Shown here: positions 45,991 through 55,143 of the stretch, one piece after another
Numbering within the stretch: the first letter of the stretch is position 1
Layout of the letters: every line of letters begins with the position of its first letter
Translations under genes and position numbers: made by a program
Origin: a virus
Virus record (IMG/VR): IMGVR_UViG_3300028831_000035
Location: 1-64,000 of that record
DNA: 64,000 nt
Direction: 5' to 3' (one strand)
Notes under the pieces: model-generated
Told to the model about the DNA's origin: nothing
Database searches by the model: none
The model's input: only the letters and a program-made list of their open reading frames with translations

Positions 45991-46531
45991 TAGGAATCAT
46001 CACCAGCTTGCGGTCGTACTTATGAAGATGCCGCATGACTTCCGGAACGTCATACCACCGACCGACTGATCGAGTCGGCTCGATCACATGGAAGACTGGC
46101 TGCTTGGGCTTAGGCGAAGACGCCCAGCCCTTCGGGAAAGGCTTCCACATGAACTGGTGCTTCCAGCGCTTGATGTTGGCTTCCACGAAGGCTGCCCGAC
46201 GGATCTCGCTTATGCGAGGCGTCATCTCCAGCTGCGGCTTGAGGGCCATCGGCGTACCCGGCAGAGGCTGGCCATGCAGTGCGCCGGGCTGGTTGCGCAT
46301 GCAGTTCACCACGCCCCGCACAGTACCCACAGGAAGGGTGTGCGTGCGGAGCATCTGAGTCTTTGCCCTACGAAGAAACTCGTAGCTGCCATGGTAGTTC
46401 AACAGGAACTCCTTGGCGGCAGCCTGAAGACTCGGGTGGTTCAGGATGTCTTGATCTTTGTACTTCGGGCTGTCGACGACTCGAATACTCTCGGGCTCAA
46501 ACAAGGGGTGGTCGTGCTCTGCCTCACCCAT
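45824..46531 (-). CDS. hypothetical protein
   Basis: The start is set at ATG 46531 (ATGGGTGA overlap with the upstream stop). The track start is 46588. Confidence 0.65.
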   Translation of the reverse strand: MGEAEHDHPLFEPESIRVVDSPKYKDQDILNHPSLQAAAKEFLLNYHGSYEFLRRAKTQMLRTHTLPVGTVRGVVNCMRNQPGALHGQPLPGTPMALKPQLEMTPRISEIRRAAFVEANIKRWKHQFMWKPFPKGWASSPKPKQPVFHVIEPTRSVGRWYDVPEVMRHLHKYDRKLVMIPIAACGYTFQEWKSGNRGPDDGRLCLTCAKRTYALESVNHLGRDAPRVIEGEVVRD

Positions 46532-46733
46532 CGAAGCGCCCCTGGAAGGTGTTAGACTTGACATACTCATGGAAGTACTCACGATCAACCAGAATCGACT
46601 TGCCGAACCGAGTGTAGGTTAGTTCTCCCGACTCGGTCAGCCGGTAGACCGTCATCTTGCTGACACTCATCTCCAATGCCATCTCGGCTACGGTAATCCA
46701 GCGGTCGTTCTTGATCTTATTATTCGTCTTCAT
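46524..46733 (-). CDS. excisionase-like HTH protein
   Basis: 69 aa. WITVAEMALEMSVSKMTVYRLTESGELTYTRFGKSILV is an HTH_17 pattern. It lies directly downstream of the recombinase (TGATG overlap). Confidence 0.7.
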   Translation of the reverse strand: MKTNNKIKNDRWITVAEMALEMSVSKMTVYRLTESGELTYTRFGKSILVDREYFHEYVKSNTFQGRFDG

Positions 46734-47602
46734 CAGTACTCCACAGCTTTCCGTCGGAGAAGTTCGTCTTCTTGGATGTAGGGCTCCGTATCCTCCGACC
46801 GCGCATGGCCCATTAGACGCATCACGACGAGGATATCCTGAACATTCTTGTATGTCATGGTGGCGAACGTTGATCGTAGATCATGCGATGATACCGACCT
46901 GTCAAGACCCAGTCGTTCGCCTAGCTGGGTGATCAACCGCCGCGCCGCTCGCTCCTCGATGTTGATAAGCGGGCGCTCGTATCCGTAGTTCATCTTGAAC
47001 TGAAGGGCAAGATCGTAGGCAGGCTGTAGGGATGTCCATGCCGACTTGCTCAGTGGCACGAACCGGATCTTGTTACCCTTCCCGCGGATCTGTACTTCCA
47101 TCGTGTCGAGGAGGAAGCTGCTAGGGACTAGGCTTAGCGACTCCGAGACACGGCAACCTACGTAACCACCTGCTGATACCAGCGCTGCGAGTTCAAACTG
47201 TCCATCCGCCCAGGCCATGACAACCATCTTGACTAGCGTTGCATCAAGACCTGGCAGGGGATGCGGACGACGGGGTACTGCGGGAACCATGCGGAGGTCG
47301 TCGAGGAATCCAGCTTCATACCCTCGGGCGAACCTCGTGTAACTAGTAACTGCTGCCTTGCGCCTGCGTTGGGTGGCCGGGGCCAGGGTCTCCCCCGACC
47401 ACCGGACCCAGTCTATGAAGCATTCCTGCTCGTCAAGCTTGGTCGGCGGAGTCAGCCCCGTCCGGTTTCTCCACAGGAGGTACTCGGTCAGGTCGGCCTT
47501 GTACCCTCTCCGAGTATTCGAGGAGAGATTTCGTGCGGACAGAAAGGTTTGGTGCTGGTCGATGGAGGCGCTGGTTAGAATCGTCTCCGGCCTGGAAAGC
47601 AT
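46733..47602 (-). CDS. int: tyrosine recombinase / integrase (XerC/D-like)
   Basis: Catalytic pattern: R (GCRVSE), K (RGKGNK), HDLR, H (MGHA) and Y (EPYI). ATG 47602 is preceded by AAGGAGG 6 nt upstream. The track start is TTG 47632. Confidence 0.85.
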   Translation of the reverse strand: MLSRPETILTSASIDQHQTFLSARNLSSNTRRGYKADLTEYLLWRNRTGLTPPTKLDEQECFIDWVRWSGETLAPATQRRRKAAVTSYTRFARGYEAGFLDDLRMVPAVPRRPHPLPGLDATLVKMVVMAWADGQFELAALVSAGGYVGCRVSESLSLVPSSFLLDTMEVQIRGKGNKIRFVPLSKSAWTSLQPAYDLALQFKMNYGYERPLINIEERAARRLITQLGERLGLDRSVSSHDLRSTFATMTYKNVQDILVVMRLMGHARSEDTEPYIQEDELLRRKAVEY

Positions 47603-47921
47603 CGTCCGCCTCCTTGTCCCTAGCCTCGGCAATCGGCCGTGCAGTGTTGATCGCGGTCAGAATGAATCGCTGAAGGTGATCGAGATCGTCCGCTGTAAGT
47701 TCAGCTAGATTAATCTTGAAGCTGAACCCTGCCCTGGTGGTGGAACGAAATGTAATGTACAGGCCTTCGTTGTTACTGTCACCAGTAATATTGCCATGCA
47801 CACCACTCGTCTGGAGATACGCGAACGTAAGCTCCATCCCCTTGGTGGATCGTTCTCGATACGTCCCGTTAGGGCCGTGAACGTAGGGAAGTTTCTGCGG
47901 AGGTTTCTGCTCACCAGCCAT
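47433..47921 (-). CDS. hypothetical protein
   Basis: This is an internal ATG of the track ORF, with a GGGGAAAC RBS. Its tail runs 170 nt into the integrase gene in another frame. Confidence 0.5.
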   Translation of the reverse strand: MAGEQKPPQKLPYVHGPNGTYRERSTKGMELTFAYLQTSGVHGNITGDSNNEGLYITFRSTTRAGFSFKINLAELTADDLDHLQRFILTAINTARPIAEARDKEADDAFQAGDDSNQRLHRPAPNLSVRTKSLLEYSERVQGRPDRVPPVEKPDGADSADQA

Positions 47922-48780
47922 GATTGTTTCCCCAGTCGTTCTTGTCTTGGTCGTATTCCTTTGAGCGCTTGGCCTTCTCGGCAGCCTGGTAACGAACCTG
48001 CTTGGCGTCTTCAAGGCCAGGGATCTGGCCTCGGCCCCTCTTGGGGAAAGACGGTTCGTTCCTCTTACGCAAGGGATCGGGCTCAAAGTCGCTGTGATCT
48101 CCATTGATCACAACCTTCCGGGGCCGTGCAGCACAGGCAGAACAACTGTGCGTCATGTACTGGCGCATGAGTTCATTCCCACGCGTAGCAAAGTTAGGCG
48201 AGCGAAGCTTACCGGTGATCGCAGACTGCTCGGCCATACCGTGCGCAGGGTGCTGGCACTTGATGTTCTTTGCACTACCAGCTTCGGCAACGATCGCCGT
48301 CCACAGGTCGAAGAACACAGCCCGGATAGCCAGGATGCCATCGCCTGGACCAATGACAGCGATCGGTGCAGTCTCGTTGTTGATAGACATGCCGACCTTG
48401 TTAGCCGGTGGCTTGTTGTCCTGGTTATCGAGCGCAACCAGTGGAGCCTCGACGCCGTACAGATTGATGCCAGCCAACCCGATGTCCACGATCTTCAGTG
48501 GAATCCAGACGTTGGGCTTTTCCAGGATCAGGACACTGACCTTCATGTCTTCGCCGATGGGAATCTCCTTGATGCGCTCCCACAAGATCGGAACTTCCTG
48601 TCGCAGGGCGAAGGCAAGGCCGACGTGAGGGCACATGTTCGGGTTACCCGAGTTCAATACCCTGACACACTCAGGGGCAGTGCACGCAAAGCTCATCGGC
48701 TTCGTAGGGCCAGTGACAGCCTGGACGTATCCATCATTACTGATTGCTACCTGCCGCATGTCGGCGCTAGACACTGCCAT
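47911..48780 (-). CDS. hypothetical protein (SWIM-like Cys/His pattern near the N-terminus)
   Basis: 289 aa. FACTAPEC...MCPH. Confidence 0.7.
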   Translation of the reverse strand: MAVSSADMRQVAISNDGYVQAVTGPTKPMSFACTAPECVRVLNSGNPNMCPHVGLAFALRQEVPILWERIKEIPIGEDMKVSVLILEKPNVWIPLKIVDIGLAGINLYGVEAPLVALDNQDNKPPANKVGMSINNETAPIAVIGPGDGILAIRAVFFDLWTAIVAEAGSAKNIKCQHPAHGMAEQSAITGKLRSPNFATRGNELMRQYMTHSCSACAARPRKVVINGDHSDFEPDPLRKRNEPSFPKRGRGQIPGLEDAKQVRYQAAEKAKRSKEYDQDKNDWGNNHGW

Positions 48781-49159
48781 GCCCTACCTTCTTTTTCCAG
48801 TCGTGGGCTTTGATGTAAGGCTCCGCATCACGTCCCATAAAGATGCGCCGTGATTTGACCTCGTCGATATCGAGTAGGCCTCCGCGTAGCAGGCAGAGCG
48901 CCGCCTCTCGCATGACCTCGTCCCCGTCAGAATCCTGTTTCTGAAGTTCCTGCACTGACGGTAGTGGCTGGGGGTCGGCTTTACTATCTGGTGCGCTGCT
49001 CGATGGCGGGCATACCTGCCCTCCGCTAGCTGCCACTGCTCGCTTGCGGCTGACCGGTGCGTCACGGTTTTTCTTAACCGGGGCTGGCTTCGGCGCATGC
49101 TCTTCGCAGTCTCCCATCTCGCAGAACATACATGCGGAGGGAGAAACTTTACGTGCCAA
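48767..49159 (-). CDS. hypothetical protein
   Basis: In-frame TTG at 49159 with AAGGAGG 7 nt upstream and a promoter-like element just above it. The track start is GTG 49195. Confidence 0.55.
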   Translation of the reverse strand: MARKVSPSACMFCEMGDCEEHAPKPAPVKKNRDAPVSRKRAVAASGGQVCPPSSSAPDSKADPQPLPSVQELQKQDSDGDEVMREAALCLLRGGLLDIDEVKSRRIFMGRDAEPYIKAHDWKKKVGHGSV

Positions 49160-49185
49160 CGTCCTACCTCCTTGCGGGTAAGGGT

Positions 49186-49214
49186 AGTGTACCACACCCC
49201 CGATAATTAGGCAA
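49186..49214 (-). promoter_or_regulatory. candidate promoter
   Basis: Minus strand: TTGCCT, 17 nt spacer, TACACT. Confidence 0.4.
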
Positions 49215-49249
49215 ATTCTACGCCTCGATGACCAGGGACACGCCTACGT

Positions 49250-49540
49250 TCATCGCACCCTCACCCTGTTTACATGCAGCTCGCCAATGCGTGGGCAAGG
49301 GTTATGCTTGCCGTGCTTCCACTTGATGGCCTTGGCGTGGGCTTCTGATTCGGCCCCGACCACGAACCAGCAGTTGGGTTGGCGGCAATGAAAGATCCAC
49401 GGTCGCCGCTTGGCGTCACGTGTCTCGGCGAACTTCACTCGTCGGTATATATCCTTCGGCAAGGATTCCGATTGGTCCGCGAGTAGTAACCGACGAGATG
49501 TTGGTCGGAGTAGGGGTTGGGGCTGGTCCGTTGTGCTCAT
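49250..49540 (-). CDS. hypothetical protein (C..C...H..C zinc-finger-like)
   Basis: 96 aa. FHCRQPNCWF...KHGKHNPCP. Confidence 0.55.
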   Translation of the reverse strand: MSTTDQPQPLLRPTSRRLLLADQSESLPKDIYRRVKFAETRDAKRRPWIFHCRQPNCWFVVGAESEAHAKAIKWKHGKHNPCPRIGELHVNRVRVR

Positions 49541-49646
49541 TCTCTATCTGCTCCTGCCTGCGCTGACATCCGATTCGGCTTGCAGTGCCCTCGTCTGCGG
49601 CACGAATGAGATAAAACTTCGTGCCGAACTCTACTCGGTAGATCAT
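49416..49646 (-). CDS. hypothetical protein
   Basis: 76 aa with an ATGA overlap start. The first 37 aa look genuine. The tail overlaps the next gene by 125 nt. Confidence 0.4.
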   Translation of the reverse strand: MIYRVEFGTKFYLIRAADEGTASRIGCQRRQEQIENEHNGPAPTPTPTNISSVTTRGPIGILAEGYIPTSEVRRDT

Positions 49647-49966
49647 TTGTACTCTCGCTTCTTCGGCTTGGGGTCTTTGGCTACCTCTTCTAATGCAATG
49701 TCAAGGAGATCTGCCCAGTCGTTAGGGTGAACGTACCGGAGTCTTCGCTTGGCAGCTGCATCCGCGCGGGCTCGGAGTCTAGCCCTCAGCTCTGTGTCCC
49801 CGTGCTTTCGTTCTAGGTCTGCAAATATTGCGCCATAGAGAACGGCGTGATCAACGGGATGGTACTTGCGAAGTTCACTGTACGCCCTGGACAAGGCTCG
49901 CCTGTATAGCTTACCTTTATCTGTTGCGTCCCATTCTCTACCCATATTGTGCCCTGTTCTGTGCAA
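49643..49966 (-). CDS. hypothetical protein
   Basis: 107 aa, basic and helical. The start is uncertain (TTG 49966 or ATG 49945). Confidence 0.6.
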   Translation of the reverse strand: MHRTGHNMGREWDATDKGKLYRRALSRAYSELRKYHPVDHAVLYGAIFADLERKHGDTELRARLRARADAAAKRRLRYVHPNDWADLLDIALEEVAKDPKPKKREYK

Positions 49967-49971
49967 AGAGA

Positions 49972-50010
49972 ACCCGGCCCTGCCCGAGGAAAGAACAGGC
50001 AGGGCCGGGT
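49972..50010 (-). terminator. rho-independent terminator
   Basis: 13-bp stem ACCCGGCCCTGCC/GGCAGGGCCGGGT, followed on the minus strand by TCTCTTTG. Confidence 0.7.
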
Positions 50011-50019
50011 AAAGTCTGA

Positions 50020-50430
50020 CTACTCCGAGTCGGCTTCCCCTTCCGACTCAGCGTCAGACTTCTTGCGACCCTCGTGGTTGTGCCCGAGGTCCGAGTGATC
50101 GATGCTGTTGTGCTCGTTTTCGGCGTCGACCTCAGTGAGGTTGTTTACAACCTCCAGGCTGGCGCCGTGGTAGTCGAGCAGGTGACGCCGAACCCGGCCA
50201 CCAGTAACCGGGTCCATCGACTTCTGCTTGAGGGGTCGGGGCTTCTCGTCGAGCTGTTCGATCGACTGAACGTCATCAACCTCGATGAGTTCCGGGAAGC
50301 TGGTACCCTTGGGGATGAACATCACTGCGAAAGCATTGACAGCCTTGACAGTGCCCTGTCGCTCGCCTTCGGCATCGGTAGTGAGCGTGACCTTCCGGTC
50401 GACAAACTCGCTGTACCTCGTATCCGTCAC
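50020..50430 (-). CDS. hypothetical acidic protein
   Basis: 136 aa; GTG with GGAGGA upstream. Confidence 0.7.
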   Translation of the reverse strand: MTDTRYSEFVDRKVTLTTDAEGERQGTVKAVNAFAVMFIPKGTSFPELIEVDDVQSIEQLDEKPRPLKQKSMDPVTGGRVRRHLLDYHGASLEVVNNLTEVDAENEHNSIDHSDLGHNHEGRKKSDAESEGEADSE

Positions 50431-50454
50431 GCCGTCCTCCGTGTGCGGGTAAGA

Positions 50455-50488
50455 ATGGATACCCCCGCCCGGGGGTAGGGGTATCCAT
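50455..50488 (-). terminator. strong hairpin after the CobT-like gene
   Basis: 11-bp stem ATGGATACCCC/GGGGTATCCAT with a GC-rich loop. The T-tract is weak. Confidence 0.45.
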
Positions 50489-50492
50489 CAAC

Positions 50493-52742
50493 CTACACGT
50501 TGGCGAGCTTCGCCTCAAGCGACCTGATAACGGCCACAATATCACGGGGCTCGGTGACTACAACAGTCTCTAGCCCGTATTGCTTTGGGCTATCGGTGTC
50601 GAGGCCTACGCCTAGCAAAGTGTAACCCTTATCACGGCACACCTTGACCTCGCGTTCGAGGATCTCGCGTTCCTCTCGCCCGTTGGTAGCGGGCATCTGT
50701 CCATCCGTCTCGTACAGGATGATGTTATGCGTGCCTCGTGGCTGGGCGTCGCATCGCTTACGAGCCCACTCCAAGGCGTGCCCATCGATGTTACCCTGGG
50801 ACGGAACGAGATCCCGAATGCGGTCGTAGCAGTCGCTGCCCCAGGGCTCGTCGATCTTCTTGAGCGGGTAGAGGTCTAGCGCCAGCATCTTGTTGTAGGT
50901 CAGCGACTCGTTGCCGGTGACATAGTCGGCAGTGTGAGCAGTCATCTCGAACTTCACACCACCAAGGCGGCCGAGGAGTTCACCGATCGCGCCAGCCATA
51001 GACCTCGCACGCTCGATACCATAGTTGCTGTTGTTCGAGCCAGAGACATCGATCATGACCTCAACAAAGTACTTCCGGTTGTTGGGTCGGTCCTTCTTCT
51101 CGAACATCCGGTCATCGTTGAACGGAGCACGCCTGGCCAGGCTGCGAGCATTGACTCGTCCAGACCGCTTGTTCCGGTCGCGCTTGACAGCGATGTTGTC
51201 ACTGAACGCACGACGAGCAGCGATCAGCGTACTCCCGATAACAGCTTCGGAAGGCTTAACCTCGGAGAGGTCAGGCTTTTCGTAGTGACTGTACGGCCGC
51301 TCGGTAGCCCAGGCGCTGCGGTAGGTATCCTTGCCGGGGTTGGTGCGTCCCCTCTCGTGGGTGCGGACGCCGTGAACTCGCATAGATCCATCGTCAAAGA
51401 ACATAGCCTGAACGAGCGCCTGGTCAATGGCTTCTTCTATCGGCCTCGTGTTCGGGTCCGAGGGATCACCACGACCCCCTGCCTTTGCGAGAGCTTCCAT
51501 GAGCTTGGACGGATCGGGTAGACCGGTATCGTCTCCAGTTCCGTCCTGCTCTTCCCCGTCCTCTTCTGGGTGGTTGTGGTTACCGATATCTCCTCGACCG
51601 CGCTGACCGCCTTCGCCCGCCGACTCATCATCGTCGCCGTCAGGTGATACACCGTCGCCCGACTTGTCTCCGTCTTCCGCATCCTCCCCACGGCCACCAC
51701 CCGAGCCCTCTTCCTTGTCGGGTGAACCCTGCTCGTCACCGTCGCCTCCTCCTCCTTCGCCGGACTGGGAGTCTTTCGGGTCAGTGCTTTGGTCTTGCTG
51801 GTCGGACTGATTCGCGGGGTCTTCATCCTGGTCCTCCTCGAGGGGCGGGTCGTACATGCCCAACGTGTGGAGGTAGTAGAGTAGCTCGCATGCGATACCG
51901 AACGCATCGTCTACACCCGTAGCAGAAACGGCTCGGTCGTAGAAGTCTTTAAGGACTTCGTTGTTCAGGATGAACTGCTGACACTCGTCGGAGAAGTACT
52001 CCATCGAGTGACCCATGTAATAGAAGATGATCGCAACAAGGATCTGCTTCTCCAGCGGTGCGTCACGCCAGAACTTCTGCTCGTTGTCAATCATCTGACC
52101 CTCGCGCATCAGCTGCATGAGAACAGCAGCTGACATGTCGCGGAGTCCCTCGCGAATCTCGAACATCCGAGTGTCCACCCGGATGTCTTCAATCACGTTG
52201 AACACGAACGGCAGCCAGTTGTGAACGATCCCAGCCACCGGCATCATGCCGCCCCAGGGGTCAATCCTCGTGCGACGAATCTCGTCAGACTTAGCCGTCG
52301 CAAACTTCGGGAACATCGGCCGCCAGGTGTCGTACACTTTCTTTGCTGCGTACGTGACGTGACCAGAATTGATCGGGTCATGCGAGCCCATGCCAATGTG
52401 CGAGCACTCATGGAAGAAGTCGTACTGCACATTCTCCATGATCTTGCAGGCCGGACATAGCTGAATCATGTCCGGCCCACGGTCATAACAGAGCCGAGTG
52501 TCGTGCTTGCGGTTAGTTCCGAAGTCAATCGGAAGGTGCAGATGAATCAGGTCGCGCGTCGATGAACTACCCTCGGACGACGTAGCTTGAATACGGACCT
52601 TCGGATTGCCCGTCACCGCCCTAGCGAACGCTACGAGGGTAGGCTCCATCTGCTTGAATCGCTGGACGGCACGCCATGCATCCTGCTGAATCTGTTGTTC
52701 AGAACGGATGATCGGCTGGCTGTTCGACTGGCTCGTTGTCAT
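50493..52742 (-). CDS. CobT-like vWA-domain protein with an N-terminal HExxH region and acidic linker
   Basis: 749 aa. HECSH at aa 111-115, a 130-aa Asp/Glu/Gly linker, and a C-terminal vWA with MIDAS DVSGS. GGGAGG RBS. Confidence 0.8.
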   Translation of the reverse strand: MTTSQSNSQPIIRSEQQIQQDAWRAVQRFKQMEPTLVAFARAVTGNPKVRIQATSSEGSSSTRDLIHLHLPIDFGTNRKHDTRLCYDRGPDMIQLCPACKIMENVQYDFFHECSHIGMGSHDPINSGHVTYAAKKVYDTWRPMFPKFATAKSDEIRRTRIDPWGGMMPVAGIVHNWLPFVFNVIEDIRVDTRMFEIREGLRDMSAAVLMQLMREGQMIDNEQKFWRDAPLEKQILVAIIFYYMGHSMEYFSDECQQFILNNEVLKDFYDRAVSATGVDDAFGIACELLYYLHTLGMYDPPLEEDQDEDPANQSDQQDQSTDPKDSQSGEGGGGDGDEQGSPDKEEGSGGGRGEDAEDGDKSGDGVSPDGDDDESAGEGGQRGRGDIGNHNHPEEDGEEQDGTGDDTGLPDPSKLMEALAKAGGRGDPSDPNTRPIEEAIDQALVQAMFFDDGSMRVHGVRTHERGRTNPGKDTYRSAWATERPYSHYEKPDLSEVKPSEAVIGSTLIAARRAFSDNIAVKRDRNKRSGRVNARSLARRAPFNDDRMFEKKDRPNNRKYFVEVMIDVSGSNNSNYGIERARSMAGAIGELLGRLGGVKFEMTAHTADYVTGNESLTYNKMLALDLYPLKKIDEPWGSDCYDRIRDLVPSQGNIDGHALEWARKRCDAQPRGTHNIILYETDGQMPATNGREEREILEREVKVCRDKGYTLLGVGLDTDSPKQYGLETVVVTEPRDIVAVIRSLEAKLANV

Positions 52743-53157
52743 GGGTAGTACCTCCCGGTCGGGGGTCGATGCGAGTCTCGGTCAGGAGCTTGATCTTCTG
52801 TGTGCTACTAAGCGCGCCGTGCGCACCCGTGCTCGCATCCCAGGCGTTCGGCCTGCGAAACACCTCGGTGGTTGGCTCTCCCGGCTTGTTGATCGGGAAC
52901 TGCTGAACGAACACAGCGGTGTCGGGCTCGTCGGCTACCGCGCGCTCCATCGCTGCATCAGCAATACCCTGAGGCTGCGGGTTGAGTTTCTTCTTCGGTG
53001 GCCGGGGACGCTTGGCAATCCCCGGCACTCGACGCGGGCTGGTCTGAACGCCGGTGATCCGACGCTCGCCCGGCCACCAGTCGGGAATGTCCCAGCCCTT
53101 GAACTTGATGCTATCTTTCCACATCGGGTAGTCCCCGAAGATCTCGTCGTAGATCAC
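52699..53157 (-). CDS. hypothetical protein between the AAA+ and vWA genes
   Basis: 152 aa with a GTGA overlap start. It overlaps the CobT-like start by 44 nt. Confidence 0.55.
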   Translation of the reverse strand: MIYDEIFGDYPMWKDSIKFKGWDIPDWWPGERRITGVQTSPRRVPGIAKRPRPPKKKLNPQPQGIADAAMERAVADEPDTAVFVQQFPINKPGEPTTEVFRRPNAWDASTGAHGALSSTQKIKLLTETRIDPRPGGTTHDNEPVEQPADHPF

Positions 53158-54716
53158 CGCTTGCTCCTGACGTTAGAGGAGACGGCAGCCATGACAACCT
53201 CGCGCTGCTCGGGCTCCAAGAAGTTGGCTGCTGCCAGCCGGTACACCGTGTGCGGATCGAAGAAGTGCCACGCCTTGGCGACCTTGATCTGTTCGCGCAG
53301 GCCCCAGGTCATCGGGATGGAACCCGAGTCAACCGCCTGCCGAATGTCGTTGGCAATTGCCATGATCGTATTGAGATCACGGGCACTGAGATCCCGACTC
53401 GTCTCCGCCTTGACGTGCGTCGAGATGATCTTGCGCTCCAACTCATCGCTCGGAAGCTCGATGTAGAAGTGCATGATCCGGGAAACATCTGCCGCACCCA
53501 GCTGCTGAGTGCCCACGTTCAGTGCATCCCAGGCAGGATTCATGGCGAACCCGAGGAAGCACTGGTCGTGGCGTGTGATCTCCTCGCCGTCGTTCTGCGT
53601 GATGACCAGCTGGCTACTGTTGTCCGTGAGGGGACGCAGCACCTGCCAGACATCCGGCGGTCCAACGTTCGGCTCGTCGATGCACAGTACCCCCGGCTTG
53701 TTCCACCGGTTGGGAAGCGTACCGTACTGGAAGTACGTACCCTTCTCGGGGTGGTACTGAGTCTTGCCGACCAACTCGTCGACCTCGGTCGAACCAGTGA
53801 TGTTGATTCGCACGAAAGGAACCTGCATCAGAAACGCCATGTACCGGAGCAACTCCGTCTTGCCAGTGCCCGGCCGACCCCACAGTGCGAAGGTCATCTC
53901 CAGATCCAACCACAAGGCGGTGGCCATGTAGACCAGTCCGTCGTGGTCGATGTACAGCTCCGGCCTCTCCTTATCTCCCGGTCGGGGGATGCGCGCACGC
54001 TCTTCGTCCGAGAAGTACTTCGGATCGAACACCGGAAGGAAGGTGAACCGCTCTCCCTTGGCGTCGATTACCTTGCGCCAGGCCTTGATCCCCTTGTCTC
54101 GGTGATCCTGGGTGACCTCTCGGTCGGTCGGGTAGTCGAGCGGGTCAACACTGGAACCGAAAGCGTTCAACGAATCCTGCACCAGGAATGCGTTGTGGTA
54201 CTCGGGCAGAAGTCGGATGTCATCCGGCTTCACCGCTTCCAGTACGTGCCCAGCTGCACCGAACGGAACTCGGTAGTCACAGGATCGAGCGATCGAGGAC
54301 AGTCGTGACGGATGCAGTATTTCAGCCTTAGCTCCACACACCGGCGCTGCCGTACCAAACTTCTCCGCCGCAACCTCTGACGGAATGAAGTTCACACAAC
54401 TACGGCAGGACTGCACCGAATCGCTGCTGTGGGTAGCAGAGATTGCTAACCGCTTCGCGTCCGGGAATCCCAGCTGAAGGGTAAGCAATTCCTGAGTAGT
54501 CGCCTGCTCGATGCTCGTCGACCACTTCCCACACCGGGAAGCTTTCGTTTCGTGCAGTGCAATCTGCGCCTTGGTTTCCAGTACGGGGAAGTCCGTGACC
54601 TCGTTTAGCGCCTGGCAAATGCCGACGCCGAACCCTTTGCCGCCCGATCGCTCCTGGATCTTATCCGAAGGAACTCGGTTGATGCAGGTTGCGCACGAGG
54701 GGACGTTGCTTGCCAC
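53154..54716 (-). CDS. CobS/MoxR-like AAA+ ATPase with a duplicated N-terminal Cys4 module
   Basis: 520 aa. Walker A GRPGTGKT, Walker B VLCIDEPN, and an LRPLTD sensor region. The N-terminal 190 aa hold two copies of SCxxCxNxxPS...C...C. Confidence 0.8.
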   Translation of the reverse strand: MASNVPSCATCINRVPSDKIQERSGGKGFGVGICQALNEVTDFPVLETKAQIALHETKASRCGKWSTSIEQATTQELLTLQLGFPDAKRLAISATHSSDSVQSCRSCVNFIPSEVAAEKFGTAAPVCGAKAEILHPSRLSSIARSCDYRVPFGAAGHVLEAVKPDDIRLLPEYHNAFLVQDSLNAFGSSVDPLDYPTDREVTQDHRDKGIKAWRKVIDAKGERFTFLPVFDPKYFSDEERARIPRPGDKERPELYIDHDGLVYMATALWLDLEMTFALWGRPGTGKTELLRYMAFLMQVPFVRINITGSTEVDELVGKTQYHPEKGTYFQYGTLPNRWNKPGVLCIDEPNVGPPDVWQVLRPLTDNSSQLVITQNDGEEITRHDQCFLGFAMNPAWDALNVGTQQLGAADVSRIMHFYIELPSDELERKIISTHVKAETSRDLSARDLNTIMAIANDIRQAVDSGSIPMTWGLREQIKVAKAWHFFDPHTVYRLAAANFLEPEQREVVMAAVSSNVRSKR

Positions 54717-54749
54717 CTGTACTACCTCCCAATCTCGGGGTGGATATTC

Positions 54750-55073
54750 TTAACTAGCATGCTTGCGGATCGTTGCGTACTGCTGATTGAGGTGCGCGTC
54801 ATGCATTGCACAGACTGCCATGTCTTCCCCGTCCACCATCCGCATGGTAACCGGGAAGTTCTTACAGCGAGCCGCACGGTAATCGTGCAGGAACTGGCAC
54901 TCGCCAACATACTTGGCGTTGGCTCGGTTGACCTCTCGCTTATGCGGGCGGCAGCAGCGAATCCAGCGCGCGTGCCCGAGATCGTAGACAGTCGTCGATG
55001 CAGGCCGGTCGCAGTCGGATTCTTTCTCGCACTGCGGTAGGTGTTCAATGATCTCGTTGGCCGTCATCATCAC
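54750..55073 (-). CDS. Cys-rich hypothetical protein
   Basis: 107 aa with 9 Cys, beginning with three consecutive Met codons (one GTG, two ATG). Confidence 0.6.
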   Translation of the reverse strand: MMMTANEIIEHLPQCEKESDCDRPASTTVYDLGHARWIRCCRPHKREVNRANAKYVGECQFLHDYRAARCKNFPVTMRMVDGEDMAVCAMHDAHLNQQYATIRKHAS

Positions 55074-55143
55074 TCCCTCGGGTTGGTGGCCGGGGTAACT
55101 ACGTGAACCTCCAAAGGGTTCGTCTGCGTTGACCTGGATGCCG

